Assembly (NCBI RefSeq): GCF_016433145.1
Contig: NC_058132.1
Location: 88,208,260-88,272,259, forward strand
Length of the DNA: 64,000 bases
Source of the DNA: Gracilinanus agilis
Taxonomy: Eukaryota
Direction of reading: 5' to 3'
In this document: piece by piece, positions 51,957 through 64,000 of the stretch
How positions within the stretch are numbered: the stretch's first letter is position 1
Layout: each line of letters starts with the position of its first letter
The notes under the pieces: model-generated
The model's input: only the letters and a program-made list of their open reading frames with translations
What the model was told of the DNA's origin: nothing
Databases searched by the model: none
Program-made: the position numbers and the translations under genes

Positions 51957-53035
51957 CTCAAAAAAATCTTTATGACAAAAACCTCTGACAAAGGTCTAAT
52001 TTCTCAAATATATAAGGAACTAAGTCAGTTGTACAAAAAAAATCAAGCTATTCCCCAAATGATAAATGGTCAAGGGACACAAATAGGCAGTTTTCAGATA
52101 AAGAAATCAAAACTATCAATAAGCACATGAAAAAATGTTCTAAATCTCTTATAATTAGAGAAATGCAAATCAAAACAACTCTGAGGTACCACCTCACACC
52201 TAACAGACTGGCTAATATGACAGCAAAGGAAAGTAATAAATGTTGGAGAGGATGTAGCAAAATCAGGACACTATTGTATTGCTGGTGGAGTTGTGAATTG
52301 ATCCAATCATTCTGGAAGGCAATTTGGAATTATGCCCAAAGAGCTTTAAATGACTGCCTGCCCTTTGACTCAGCCATACAACTGCTGGGTTTGTACCCAA
52401 TAGAGATAATAATTTTTCCTTATTGTACTTGTACAAAAATATTTATAGCCATGGTCTTTGTGGTGGCAAAAAATTGGAAAATGAGGGGATGCCTTTTGAT
52501 TGAGGAATAGTTGAACAAATTGTGGTACCTGTTGGTGATGGAATACTATTATGCTAAAAGGAATAATGAAATGGAGGACTTTCATGTGAACAGGAATGAG
52601 CTCCAGAAACTATACAGAATGAAAGGAGTAGAACCAGGAGAACCTTATACACAGAAACTGATACGCTGTGGCACAATTGAACATAATGGACTTCTCTACT
52701 AGCATCAAAGCAAGGATCCAGAGCAAGGCTGAGGGACTTATGAGAAAGAACGCTATCTGCATCCAGAGAAAGAACTGTGGGAGCAGAAAAACAGAAGAAA
52801 AAACATTTCCTTGATCACACAGTTCAATGGGGATATTATTGGAGACATAGACTTTAAATGATCACTCTATTGCAAATATTAATAATATGGAAATAGGTCT
52901 TGATCAGTGATACATGTGAAACCCAGTTGAATTGATCATTGGCTATGGAAAGGGGAGGGAGGAGAGGAGGGAAAGAATACAAATCATGTAACCATGGAAA
53001 AATATTCTAAATTTATTAATTAAATAAAATTTAAA
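51957..53035 (+). mobile_element. 5'-truncated L1 (ORF2 end and 3'UTR) with 17-bp TSD
   Basis: MKKCSKSLIIREMQIKTTLRYHLTP..W..CELIQSFW ORF2 C-terminus. TSD aaaagattaagaattct at 51940-51956 and 53036-53052. Confidence 0.93.
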
Positions 53036-53329
53036 AAAAGATTAAGAATTCTTACACTATACCATATCCTGTTTTTTAACAAAGTGTTATTATAAATCCA
53101 AGAAAGGAAACATTTACTCTGAATGGGTAAGGAGATGAGTAACCTCTCCCTGATTTTCACATAAAAGTTCCTAGAAGGGTTAGCATTTCAGCTGACCCTT
53201 GAAAGATAGGTGACATTCAAGAGGGGAGATTGGTAGGGATGGTGTTATAGAAGAAGGGAAATGTATGGACAAGGCTATAGATAATAGAGAGTGTAACACT
53301 TATTGGAACAGGCTGCTAATTAATCAATA

Positions 53330-53950
53330 ATAGAATCAGAGTTGGAAGGGACCTTCGGGCACCTGGGCACCTAGTTCAACTAGTCAACTAGTCCACCCTG
53401 AACAAGAATCTCTTCTACATGATAATCAATAGGTGGTCATCTAGACAATCTGCAATGAATGGAACCTCAATGTCTTCCAAGGAAGTTCATTCCACTTTTA
53501 TTTAATTCTAATGGCTAAGCAGCTTTCTTTCCATTAAGACCAAATTAGCCTCTTTACAATTTTTACACTTTGTTCCCAGCTCACCTTTGGAGACTTAGCT
53601 GAATATGTGACAGCCTTTAAATATTTGAAAACACTTGCCATTCCCTCCCTATCCACAGATATTCTCTTATTTAAACTAAACATTGCCAGTTTCTTCCACA
53701 AATCTGCATATGACATGAATTCAAAGCCCTTTACTCTCCTGATTACCCATTACTAGTTTATTTATTAATCCTCTTCCTCAAATGTGGCACCGACAACTGA
53801 ATATAAAAAGGTCTAGAAGATATACCACCAGGAAGAAAAATATTGTCATTGCTCTACTTCTAGACATGAATCCTCTCATAATGAAGTCTTAAATTGCATT
53901 CACTTCCTTGGCTGCCATATCATTCATCAAAAGCTGCATTCCAGAGAAGC
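53330..53950 (-). mobile_element. L3/CR1 and MIR3 relics
   Basis: agagttggaagggacc; ORF 53534-53716 (LAMFSLNKRISVDREGMASVFKYLK) resembles the CR1 ORF2 C-terminus ([23 protein letters not shown]). Confidence 0.65.
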
Positions 53951-54337
53951 CCCCAAATACTCTTTAGAAGAACTCTTGTGACCTTGCAATGCTTCACCCT
54001 TAATCTAATTGTAGGAGATAAAGTAAGGTTTAGAAAAGGGAAAAAAAGCCTTTCATAAATAAACAGTAAGCATAAATCAAACAAAAGGAATAAAGTACAC
54101 CTTGCTATGATTTTTAGTTGCCGTGTAACTTGAAGCTTTCTTCCATTTTTATCTTTCTCTTTATCTTCCTCTTTCTTTTAAAGCCAGCAGAGGAAAGATT
54201 CCTGGTTTCATATGAGATCCAGTTTTTATATCTGCACACATATTTTCTTCTTCTTTTCTCCCTTCAGTGCCTGTCAAGGAGCTAAACCCAAACCCAGTGA
54301 GTTACTGAATGTCCCTGATTCTAGCCAAGGAAAGCCT

Positions 54338-55288
54338 TTAGGGCAGGACCCTCTTCCTGGAGAAGAGGGAAAGTATTCCCTTGCGAATGGGTTTGGTCTT
54401 GACACTATAGATGATAGGGTTCAGCACAGGGGGCACAAATAGGTAAGCACTGGACATGAGGGTGTGGGCAATGGGTGATGCATGCTTGGCAGCCCGATGC
54501 ATCACAGAAACTCCTATCATAGGCACGTAGTATAGCAGTACAGCACAGATGTGTGAGGCACAGGTATTGAGAGCCTTTAGTCGCCCCTCCTTGGAGGCAA
54601 TGCCCAGTACCGTCCGAAGGATTAAGGCATATGAGAACACTATGAGCAATGAGTCTAGCCCAAAGGAGGCCAGGACAATGGACAAGCCCAGGATGCTGTT
54701 GATGGTGGTGTCGGCACACGGTAACTGGATCAGGTCTGAGTGGAGGCAGTAGGAATGGGAGAGGACATTGGCGTGGCAGAAGGGCAGGCGTTGCAGGAGG
54801 AACGGCAGTGGGGCCATGAATGTCACACTCTTCAATGTGATGGCCAATCCCATGGCGACAATTCGAGGCAGAGTCAGAATGGTTGTATAACGCAGTGGGT
54901 TGTAGATGGCAACGTAGCGATCATAACTCATGGCTAGTAGGACGCCAGATTCCATGCAGGAGAAAGTATGAATAAAGAACATTTGAGCCAGGCAGCCTCC
55001 CATGCTTATCTCACGAGCATCAAACCAGAGGATGCCCATTACAGTGGGCAATGTGGAGACAGAAACACCTACTTCGGTGATGGCCAGCATGGATAAGAAA
55101 AGGTACATGGGTTCGTGTAGAGAGGACTCTGCTTGCACCACTGCCAGAATCAAAGTGTTGCCCACGATCGCCACCACATACATGGCAAAGAAGGGGATAG
55201 AGAGCCAGCCATGCTGTGCTTCTAGCCCCGGGATGCCCGTCAAGTAAAACGGTAAAGGGGAAAGAGTGGCATTAATCAGGACTCCCAT
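54338..55288 (-). CDS. OR51K1: Olfactory receptor, class I, OR51K-like (316 aa)
   Basis: Intact ORF with NAT sequon, LHEPMY, MSYDRYVAIYNPLRY, KALNTCASH and PPVLNPIIY. Signature segments (TEVGVSVSTLPTVMGILWFDA, HTFSCMESG, LHSDLIQLPCADT, MHRAAKHAS, KTKPI) match the OR51K subfamily as recalled. The subfamily assignment is less certain than the OR call. Confidence 0.88.
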   Translation of the reverse strand: MGVLINATLSPLPFYLTGIPGLEAQHGWLSIPFFAMYVVAIVGNTLILAVVQAESSLHEPMYLFLSMLAITEVGVSVSTLPTVMGILWFDAREISMGGCLAQMFFIHTFSCMESGVLLAMSYDRYVAIYNPLRYTTILTLPRIVAMGLAITLKSVTFMAPLPFLLQRLPFCHANVLSHSYCLHSDLIQLPCADTTINSILGLSIVLASFGLDSLLIVFSYALILRTVLGIASKEGRLKALNTCASHICAVLLYYVPMIGVSVMHRAAKHASPIAHTLMSSAYLFVPPVLNPIIYSVKTKPIRKGILSLFSRKRVLP

Positions 55289-57048
55289 GGGTTAATTCTG
55301 CCTGTCATCGAAAAGAACATCTCAAGCTTAGAGTCCAGTAAAGATTATGGTCAATTCAATCACATACCACCACCCACACTACATAATCCCATAGTGAAAG
55401 GAGTTCTGGAGTCAGGAAGACCTGTCAGGAAGGCAGACCCTCTTTTTATCTCCAACTTACACAATCATAGACTATTTAGGCTGGAAAGCACCATACAACC
55501 CAAAATATGGAATATTAGAGCTGGAAGGGACTGTACATAAAATATTAAAAATTTAAGAGTTGGAAGGGACCTTAGAAATAATTATTTCTGACTCACTTAT
55601 TTTACAAATAGGGAATATAAAGCCCACAGACACCAAATAATTTTCCCAAGATTTTACCATAAGTCAGGGCCAGAATCAAATGAAGGATCTAGATTTGCTG
55701 TCTCTGAGTTTTACAACACTAGTTATTTTTTTCTTTCTATATCAGGCTTTGGAAATAAATTCCAGAATGGCCAAGACCTAAATAGCCCAAATGTAGTTTG
55801 TTTTAGTGACATCAGTATTTGAGAAGACCAGGAGATTCGTTAGTATTTTGCTGAGTTTGGTGCCCTACAATGATGCTGAGGCTGTTGGGGGTAAGGTGGT
55901 AATATTGTGAAGAACCTTGGGGCTTTTATGGAAACTATGGCTTCAGAAAGCAAAAGGAAATTAAATGGTGAGTGCAGGCTGTATCATTAGATACAGAAGT
56001 GTCAGGGAGACATCTTTAAATGTTGTTACTGCTCAGACAAGCTAACCTGGGATACTGAGTGCCCAAGAGAAAGGAAAATTTTCAGAGCATGATATAATAT
56101 TCATGGAAGCTTTATTTGTTATGACAAAATAACTGGAAAATAACATAAAGGCAATGAATGGGAGAAATAGCTGGCTAGTTTGCGATATTTGAATGTAATG
56201 GCTTGTATTCTGTTATTAGAAATGACAGCTATTGGAAATATAAAGAAAATATGAAAGGGAAATATGTGAAAATATGAAAAGAAAAGAAAATAAGAATACT
56301 GTATACTATGATTACATTTTTTTTAAAAATAGCTGAAAAAATTAAGAGGAAAAGTATCCAAATATAACAAATCCAAAGGGAACTCAAAAGCAGAGGATGT
56401 TTAAAAAATATACACATATACATATATATATATACTCAAACACACACATTTATGTATATACACATACACACACTCAAAGGCACATGGTTTGAAGAACACC
56501 ATCCCTGACTGCTTTTCCATTCACTGATCTTAATGTCTGTCACTATCCTCATCTCTACTGGCCATCCCGATAGATGCTATTGTGACTGTCTAGCATTTTT
56601 TTAGCTAGGAACCTCTTATGTTCAAGGAAAGGAGGGCTTACTGTTTAAAGAGAATCTACTTTTCTGGGGAAAGTGGAATAATTTTGTTAGGAAAAGAGCC
56701 TGTAGCAAAAACTACAGTAGACAAAGGAGGTCCCAGAACAAACACACTCACTTTAGAGATGCTACACTGTACTGCAAAGAATTCTGTGCTGGATCTGAAG
56801 TTAACATTACTGGATTCAAATTCAAGCTTTCTGATTTACCAAGTGACCTGAGACAAGATACTTCACTTTTCTAGTTTCCTTATTTCTAAAATAAGAAGTT
56901 GAATTAGATGTCTTCTAAATTCCCTTTTCAGTTTGATATTTGTTTATCCCATCCTTTCCAAGAATTCATAAGCATGTCAGTGAACCCAACAAAATGCTCA
57001 GCTAATCACTGCCCAGTAAACACTGCCTTGTCCATTTATCTCTCTTTT

Positions 57049-57201
57049 NNNNNNNNNNNNNNNNNNNNNNNNNNNNNNNNNNNNNNNNNNNNNNNNNNNN
57101 NNNNNNNNNNNNNNNNNNNNNNNNNNNNNNNNNNNNNNNNNNNNNNNNNNNNNNNNNNNNNNNNNNNNNNNNNNNNNNNNNNNNNNNNNNNNNNNNNNNN
57201 N
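57049..57201. other. Assembly gap (153 N)
   Basis: N run. The right flank (agctgtgtaaccctggacaaatcatttaac) is a SINE middle, so the gap probably holds the SINE 5' part. Confidence 0.98.
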
Positions 57202-57709
57202 AGCTGTGTAACCCTGGACAAATCATTTAACTCCAACTGTCTAGCCTTTAGCACTTTTCATAATTAGAACAAAAAATTAGTAAAAACTCTAAATTCTAAG
57301 CAGAAGCTTTTAAAGGATTTAAAAAAAGTTATGTTTGGGTTGAACTAGATAGGTTCCTATAAGTTCTTCATTTGCAAAGTTCTAGAATCCTTATCTCCTG
57401 AATTTCCAGTCCAGAGATCTTTCCATCCTTCTACACTTGCTTCTACTCTTTTTCACCATGTCTTTGGTTGAATCTCAAAATGTTAGGCTTCCATTCTAGA
57501 AAGTCTAGGAGATGCCCATTAATCACATCTTTATAATAACTGACATTTATATGGCCTTTTCCTCACAAACTTATAGTCATTCTCTCCAACTAATGTATTT
57601 ACACAGAGACATACACATATAAAGAAATTTTGGACACACAAATAAATAAAAAATACATAGTGTTATGACACACTGTCATTTCTATTATGATACTGGCAAA
57701 TACACAAAT

Positions 57710-57945
57710 ACTCACCTCCCTTCAGAAGAGCAGATTGATGGATGGACAAGTTATGAGCCAATATCTAAAGTGGCTGCAAGCTGAGGGAGCCTTAGCTGGG
57801 AAACTGGGAGCAACACACTGATATAGTATCTCTGAAAGAAACTCCCCCAGGGATAGGTCTCTGGGGCCTTAGGTTCCTGTGTCTCTGGGGAAGTATCTAA
57901 ATCAGCAAGTAATGATGTAAAACTTGGTCCCCTTGGGGAAGGAAA
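57710..57945 (-). promoter_or_regulatory. Candidate promoter and first non-coding exon of the OR51K-like gene
   Basis: Minus-strand donor GAG|GTGAGT (plus actcac at 57710-57715). O/E-like sites at ~57843-57853 (tcccccaggga), 57882-57891 (tctctgggga) and 57928-57939 (tccccttgggga). Homeodomain site TAATGA at 57910-57915. Confidence 0.65.
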
Positions 57946-58211
57946 GCCAGAGATAACATCCCCAAATGCATCCATAGACACATCTATACAGACTCACACA
58001 GATTCACTTGCTTGTCACATATCCATATAATATTCTTAAAAGTACATATTCATAAATTATTAAACACACGTATGCATGTGCAGAAATACATTTGCCTATC
58101 CCCAGACCCCATTATCATCTTCCCAAAATTCAGGTCAGAGTTAGAATTCAGTTTCAGAGAAGAAGATGGAGAAAGAGAACAGGTGAAGCATGTCCTCTAT
58201 TCCATAAAGAT

Positions 58212-58470
58212 CAGGAGGAGCACTTAGGGGAAGCTAAGTGGTGCAACCAGGCCTTGGAGCTGGGAAGAATTGAGTTCAATCCAGCCTCAGCTACTTACTA
58301 GTTGTATGGCACTGGGCAAATCACTTAACCCTATTTATCTCAGTTGTCTCATCTGTCAAATGAGTTAGAGAAGGAAATGGCAAAACACTCCAGTATCTTT
58401 GTCAAGCAAACCCCAAATGTAGTCATGAAGAGTTGCACACATCCAAAAAATAACTGAATAACTCTCTTCC
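58212..58470 (+). mobile_element. MAR1-type SINE (tRNA/CORE head plus RTE-like tail)
   Basis: gagttcaatccagcctcagctacttactag...gagaaggaaatggcaaaacactccagtatctttgtcaag.aaaccccaaat...agttgcacac. Confidence 0.8.
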
Positions 58471-59149
58471 TTCGTGGCCAACCTTGAACCTACTGGACAG
58501 CTTTGAAGAATGACAGGATTTGGGGTGAGGAGTGGGTAGGAGAGGGAGAAACTTTTTGTATTTTTATTTTCTTTTGCTTTTAAGAACAGGAGTCTTGGTC
58601 ATATTTGTAGATGGTAAGGAAAGGATTGAATAGAGCTAGACTGAAGATGAAATTGAAATAATCATTGATGGAATAACCATGGATTAGGATAAAGAGTCCA
58701 GGATTTTGGTTCAAATCCTAGCTCTAATTTTTATCTGAGTGACCTTGGACAAAGTATTTTATCTCTTGGGTTTTGGTTTTCTCCTCTATAGAAGAGAATG
58801 TAGAATGGCTACACCCTTGGACCTGAGCATTGTCTCCAGAAACTTATCAGTCCCTATTCCTCAGGTCCCTTCCTTCTGCTGATTAAAGGTTGGCATCCTA
58901 AAGATCCTCCACCATTTAAGGAGAGTAATAAGGACATTTACGTCATCATTTCCCACCTGTCTGCAAGAGTTCATCATGTTGGGCCATTAGCCCTCCATTC
59001 TCTCTGCCCTCCCCACTTTTCAGCTTTTAATATATTGTCTTATTCTTTAGATTGTGACCTCCTTGAGAGCAGGGACTATTGTGACTTTCTTTATATGCTC
59101 CACACAATACAGTTCTTGGCACATCGTGATTGTTTGGTGGTAACAGCAT

Positions 59150-59490
59150 TGGTGATAGCTCTTGATTCAGAGTTATGTGATTCATTAGACTCCTTCTCAT
59201 CTAGAGTCACTGAAGTCCAATGTCAAGGCAAAAGTCAAGATGACTGGTGATGACATGGGAAGCAGTGGTTGACCTTGGCTTCTTCAATGTCTAGCCAAGC
59301 TCTAAGCACTCCACAGAGCCTACTTCAGCCACTTTCATGACTACTAGAACCAATTGCTCTCATCCACCCCTTCCAATGGGGGAAGGCTTCTCATGCCTGG
59401 GGCAGACAAACCCTTTACTCAGTGACAGACCTGAGGACTGCTGTCGATCCAATTAAGCCTGCCTGCTGAGTTGGTTTACTAGGGTGTAGA
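59150..59490. mobile_element. Probable RTE-derived element fragment (WALLSI/RTE-SINE-like)
   Basis: gcaaaagtcaagatgactggtgatg...ccaagctctaagcactccacagagcctacttcagcc resembles marsupial RTE-related repeats (recall only). Confidence 0.45.
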
Positions 59491-62400
59491 CATTATACCT
59501 GCTATTGGTTCTTGGGGTCATAGGTGAGAACTGGGTGGTAGATGGACACCAAAGGAAGAAAGCAGCCCTGACAAAAAGGGATTGGCAAACCCTCCCACCA
59601 GAGTACCAGTCTTCCTGGAACATCCTATATCCCACATAATAAAATTTAATGAATGTTTATTATTTTTATTAATCCCCTTGAGTGAAGGGATTAGCAGGCA
59701 GGACCTTTAGTAAGCAGAAACTTTATTTGAGAGGGCAATAAGAGATCAAAACACATAACCAAACACAAATTATTGCATACTAAACACATTAGAGAGGTAG
59801 TAACTACCACAGCACTTAACACTATTCTGCATCTGACACACAGTAGATGCTTATTCAATGTTTGTTGATTTGAGTTGACTTGATGGAGGGGCCATTATCC
59901 AATAAGAAAATCAGAGAAGGCTTTCTGGAAGAGGTGGAACTTGAGTTATGCTGTAGGGGTGGAAACGACAAAAAGTGAAGGGAACTGATCTCAAACATGG
60001 GAACATTGTGATCAAAATCACAGATATTTCTCTTTTCTGAAGAGGAAAAGTCCTCACATCTGTCCAAGGGTAGTTTCTCTTCTTTAGCCTATTTTCTCTA
60101 AAGGACCTGGAAACTCAAAATGTACCTATTGTCAACCCAGTAGATTTTGTTATACTCAGAGAAAGATGTCTTGCTGGATTGGTTCTAGGGCAGAAATAAG
60201 GTTGGAATTTTGAGGACTGAGTCACTGAATGGGTCCTTAATAAAGGACCTGTAAAATGTTTCATATTTCTATGCCTTTCATTGTAACATATACTCACACC
60301 AAATCACTGAGGAACTTAGCATGTTTGATATATATGACCCACTTAGCTAGCAGAGCAATGAAGGATGAGACATTATGATACCAAGGTCACTGGAGATTTG
60401 GGGAGGAAGAGATGGCCTCTTCAGCTCTGCCAAATCACAACTCAAACATTTTGGTTGCAGGAAGCAAAATGAATAGCAGCAGCTGACCCCAGAGAGCCCA
60501 CAATTCAGGACACCTCTGAGTCCATCTCTGACAAGGATGAAAGGAAGTCATACTTGGTCTGCCTCATAAACTCTCCATATTATTTTATATTTGCTTGCTT
60601 TACATCCAACAGAGATTCTTTTCCTGCTGGCATAATATGTCTTTCCAATTAAACTGTTGGGTCCTTAAGAAATGGGACTACCTTATAGAATCATTAAATA
60701 TTAATAATGCATCAGGAACTACCTTGTCCAATCTGTATCTGAGAAAATCCTTCTACAATATCTCTGAGACACAGTCATCTAGCCTTCCACTTATATCTCC
60801 AGGGATAGGGAACTCATTTCCCAAAGAGATAACTATAATTGTTGGAAATATTTTTCCTTGTATTGAGCTCAAATCTACTTGCTAGCAAATTCCAATCAGG
60901 CAGAGAGTGGTTGAATCACTTTTTGATCTTGAATAAGTTAATCTTCCTACTTGAAACTCATTTTCCTTTTCTGTAAGACACATAGAATAACCCCTGCTCT
61001 GATTTCTTCATGGCACTATTGTGAGCATATGAAATGATAGATATAAAAGCACTTTATTCATTGTAATTGTTATACAACTATCCATACCTCAACAGGAGCT
61101 CAGTTTGGTTTAGACTCCAAGGATCAGCTGATCCACTGAAATCGCATCATCATGCTGATTTAATCAGTGTTTCATACTTCATACCTTGCCAATTCCCCTC
61201 AGCCTCTTCTCTCCTCTGATTAAAGAGGCAGAAAGTGAAGCACTAAACTCCTTCCAAAGCTTTCCTTTATGGAAATCTCAATCTTCCACCCATCCCTCCA
61301 CTTTTCATCAGCATCTCTGCTTGGTTCAGATTTCATAGACACCCCTCAACAGTTCCTCCATCACCCATTTCCAGCTTCCTTTTACATGTTCCTTCCCCAA
61401 TAGATGGTCAGCTCTCTGATGTCAGGGATTGTCTTTTTTTCCCTTATTTGTATCCTTAGCATTCATCACAGTGCTGGTACATAGGAGGCGCAATAAATGT
61501 TTATTAAATTAATTGAATATAAATGCAAATAATTATTTTCATAATTACTGAATATAAATACTTATCTATTTTCCACCCTCCCTTCAAGTTCTGCTTCTCA
61601 TAGCACCATTAGAAGCATACCTGCTTACCCATCCTTGACAATATTAGACTTAAGTGAACAATTATCTTCCTGCTATTTGGAATTGTAGTGGGAGTATAAC
61701 TTGCCCTAGCTCCACTAATGACTTCTGGTAGAACAAGGGTGATAGTGATTTGGCATAGATTCTAGAAAAAAAGAAGTTGTCATGTTGCTAGCAGCTCTTG
61801 GCTGAACAAAGGGCAAGCCCAATGTCTAGTATTTGACCTGATTAGACTGGAAATAGTGACTGTGGGCTAATGACACAAATGTCTTCTGAGTAATCCTTCT
61901 CTAGGGTTGAAGTGAAGGGAACAGGGCTGCTCTTCCTCGCTTTACTTTTTTTTTTTTTGGTCTCTATCATATCTTTCTCTCTTTGAGAGCAACTGGGAAT
62001 AAAAGTAGGTTCAATTAGATCTAGAAAAGTTCATCTGATTTCATACTCTTTGAAGAAATATATGTGCCGTGTATCTTTAGATTTATTGTGGAGAATTATA
62101 TTAACAATTTATAGAATATATTGTTATGAATTTGGATGTTTGTGCCAAGAATGTCTTTTCTTCATTTAAAATCTCTACCTGTTTCTTGAGAAAAAAATAA
62201 ATTGCTTGATAGAGTTCAGCTGCCAAGCATCCTGATTTCCATAGCTGAAAAGTTTCTAAATGATTTGATGCAAAAGCATAAATCACTCTTGAAACATTTC
62301 TGTTCAAGCAAGCTCAATAATGGTGTATTTAAAAGAGAAGTATGCTCTCAAATATCACCTCATTTGGGAAATTTTTCCTGATTTCCCTACTCCCCCCAAA

Positions 62401-63369
62401 TAGAAGTGACTTTTCAGTCTCTGAGCTCCAATAGTACCTAATTTTATCTAGATTATGGCACAAGTCCCATTATATTTGTATTATCCTGTTGTAAGGACTA
62501 CATTCCTTTGGGGGTAGTACTTGAATCATATTGTTCCGTGTAGCCTAGCAACACCTAGCAAAGTCTGTCGTGTATGTAGTATATTCCAAAAGAAAGGAAA
62601 AGGAGAAAAAAAGGAATTCATACTGAAAAGACACAATGGGAAACTGAGTACCTTAGAAAGTATGGATCCCTTCAAAATGTGAGGGATTACTGAGTATTTT
62701 AATTACTTTTATTGTATGCCCCAAAGTGATGCCTTATATATTTCTCCCTTCATCATAGTAAGGAAATTCTATGTGTGTATGTGTGTGAGAGAGACAGAGA
62801 CAGAGACAGAGAGACAGAGAGACTGAAAGATACATGACATAAAAAATGATAAAAACCTTTGCCTTAAAAAAAAAAGTGTAAGATGGTAGAAAAACCCTTA
62901 AATTGAAAGTTAGGAGACCCAGATTCTACTTACTTGATCTGTTACCAAATTCCAATATATACTTGGGTAGATTATTTCCCATCCATTGGCCTCAATTTCT
63001 CCATCTTGTTGTCCCCATCAAAAGCAGCTAGGTGGCACAATGAAAAGGGAATTGAACTTAAGAGTTCGAAGGCCTGAATTTTAATGCAGTCTCAGATACT
63101 AGCAATGTGACTGAGGTATCACTTAACATTTGTCTACCTCAGTTTCTTCTTCTACAAAAATGGGGATAATAATAGCATCTACTTCCCAGAGTTGTGACAA
63201 TTAGATACAATAATATTAGTAAAACACTTTTCAAACTTTAAAGTGCTATGAAAATGCTAGTTTTTATTATTATCTATAAAACTAAGGGATAGATTACAGG
63301 ATCTTTAAATTCCAATCTACAGTAATAATTGACAGTTGCTATGTATGGGACTTCATTTGTTTTATTGTT

Positions 63370-63650
63370 TGTTTTTAATTTTTCAATTGATTAATTAAGA
63401 AAATTTTTCCATGGTTACATGATTCATATTCTTTCCCTCCCTTCCTTCCACCCCCCTCCCATAACCAATGTGCAATTCCACTGGGTCTTACATGTTTCAT
63501 TGATCAAGACCTATTTCCATATTATTGATATTTGCACTAGGGTGATCGATTAGAGTCTACATCCCCAATCACATCCCTATTGAATCATGTGATCAAGAAG
63601 TTGTTTTTCTTCTGTGTTTCTGCTCCCACAGCTCTTTCTCTGGATGTGGA
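63370..63650 (-). mobile_element. L1 3' terminal fragment
   Basis: ttttccatggttacatgattcata...ccactggg...tgatcaagacctatttccatatt...tttctgtgtttctgctcccacag; reverse complement of the 52780-53030 L1 end. Confidence 0.88.
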
Positions 63651-64000
63651 TAGCGTTCTTTCTCATAGGTGGGGCTTCATTTGTACAGGGAACTCCTTTC
63701 ACCAATGCAATTTGCCACTTTTTCTTCAATTTATGTTCTCAGAGTTTCCCAGAACACTTAAAGGCTAATAGACTTGCCCTGGGTCTTCCATAGCCAGTAT
63801 GAGTCAGAAGTAATACTTGATCTCCTGACCTCATGGTTGGCTCTCTATCCACACTATACCTCATGATTTCTTGACCTTTTAAGATTTGCAAAATACTTCC
63901 CAAACATTTTCTCGTTTAATTCTCACAATAACCCTGCTAGGTATAAAATATCACCTTACTTCATAGATAAAAAAAAACCAAAATTCATAAAGGTTAAGTG

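Noticed and set aside
54212-55247. Several short ORFs overlapping the OR51K-like gene (and similar ones over the other ORs)
   Set aside because: Antisense or alternative-frame shadows of GC-richer coding sequence.
56908-57267. ORFs spanning the N run
   Set aside because: Artefacts of the assembly gap.

Overview
A 64 kb piece of a marsupial class I olfactory receptor (OR51/OR52) cluster. The tRNA-derived SINE and L1 sequences point to a didelphid opossum such as Monodelphis; this is an inference from repeat types. There are four intact single-exon ORs: an OR52D1 orthologue (+, 3.8 kb), two related OR51-family genes (+, 32.8 and 46.3 kb) and an OR51K-like gene (-, 54.3 kb). Two of them have recognisable O/E-site promoters with 5' non-coding exon splice donors. 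Two decayed non-OR gene copies lie between the ORs. One is an intronless MEGF11 fragment on the minus strand, split by a solo LTR with a 4-bp TSD. The other is an intronless KRAB zinc-finger copy that carries a GC-rich leader with ZNF143-type motifs. The first 20 kb contain remnants of a local tandem duplication in which the second copy has L1 sequence where the OR52D1 paralogue would be expected. The rest is L1, several solo LTR or LTR-like elements, young and old SINEs, L2/L3 relics, one hAT MITE with a perfect 8-bp TSD, microsatellites and a 153-N assembly gap. All alignments and family assignments were done by eye and from recall; no database searches were run.
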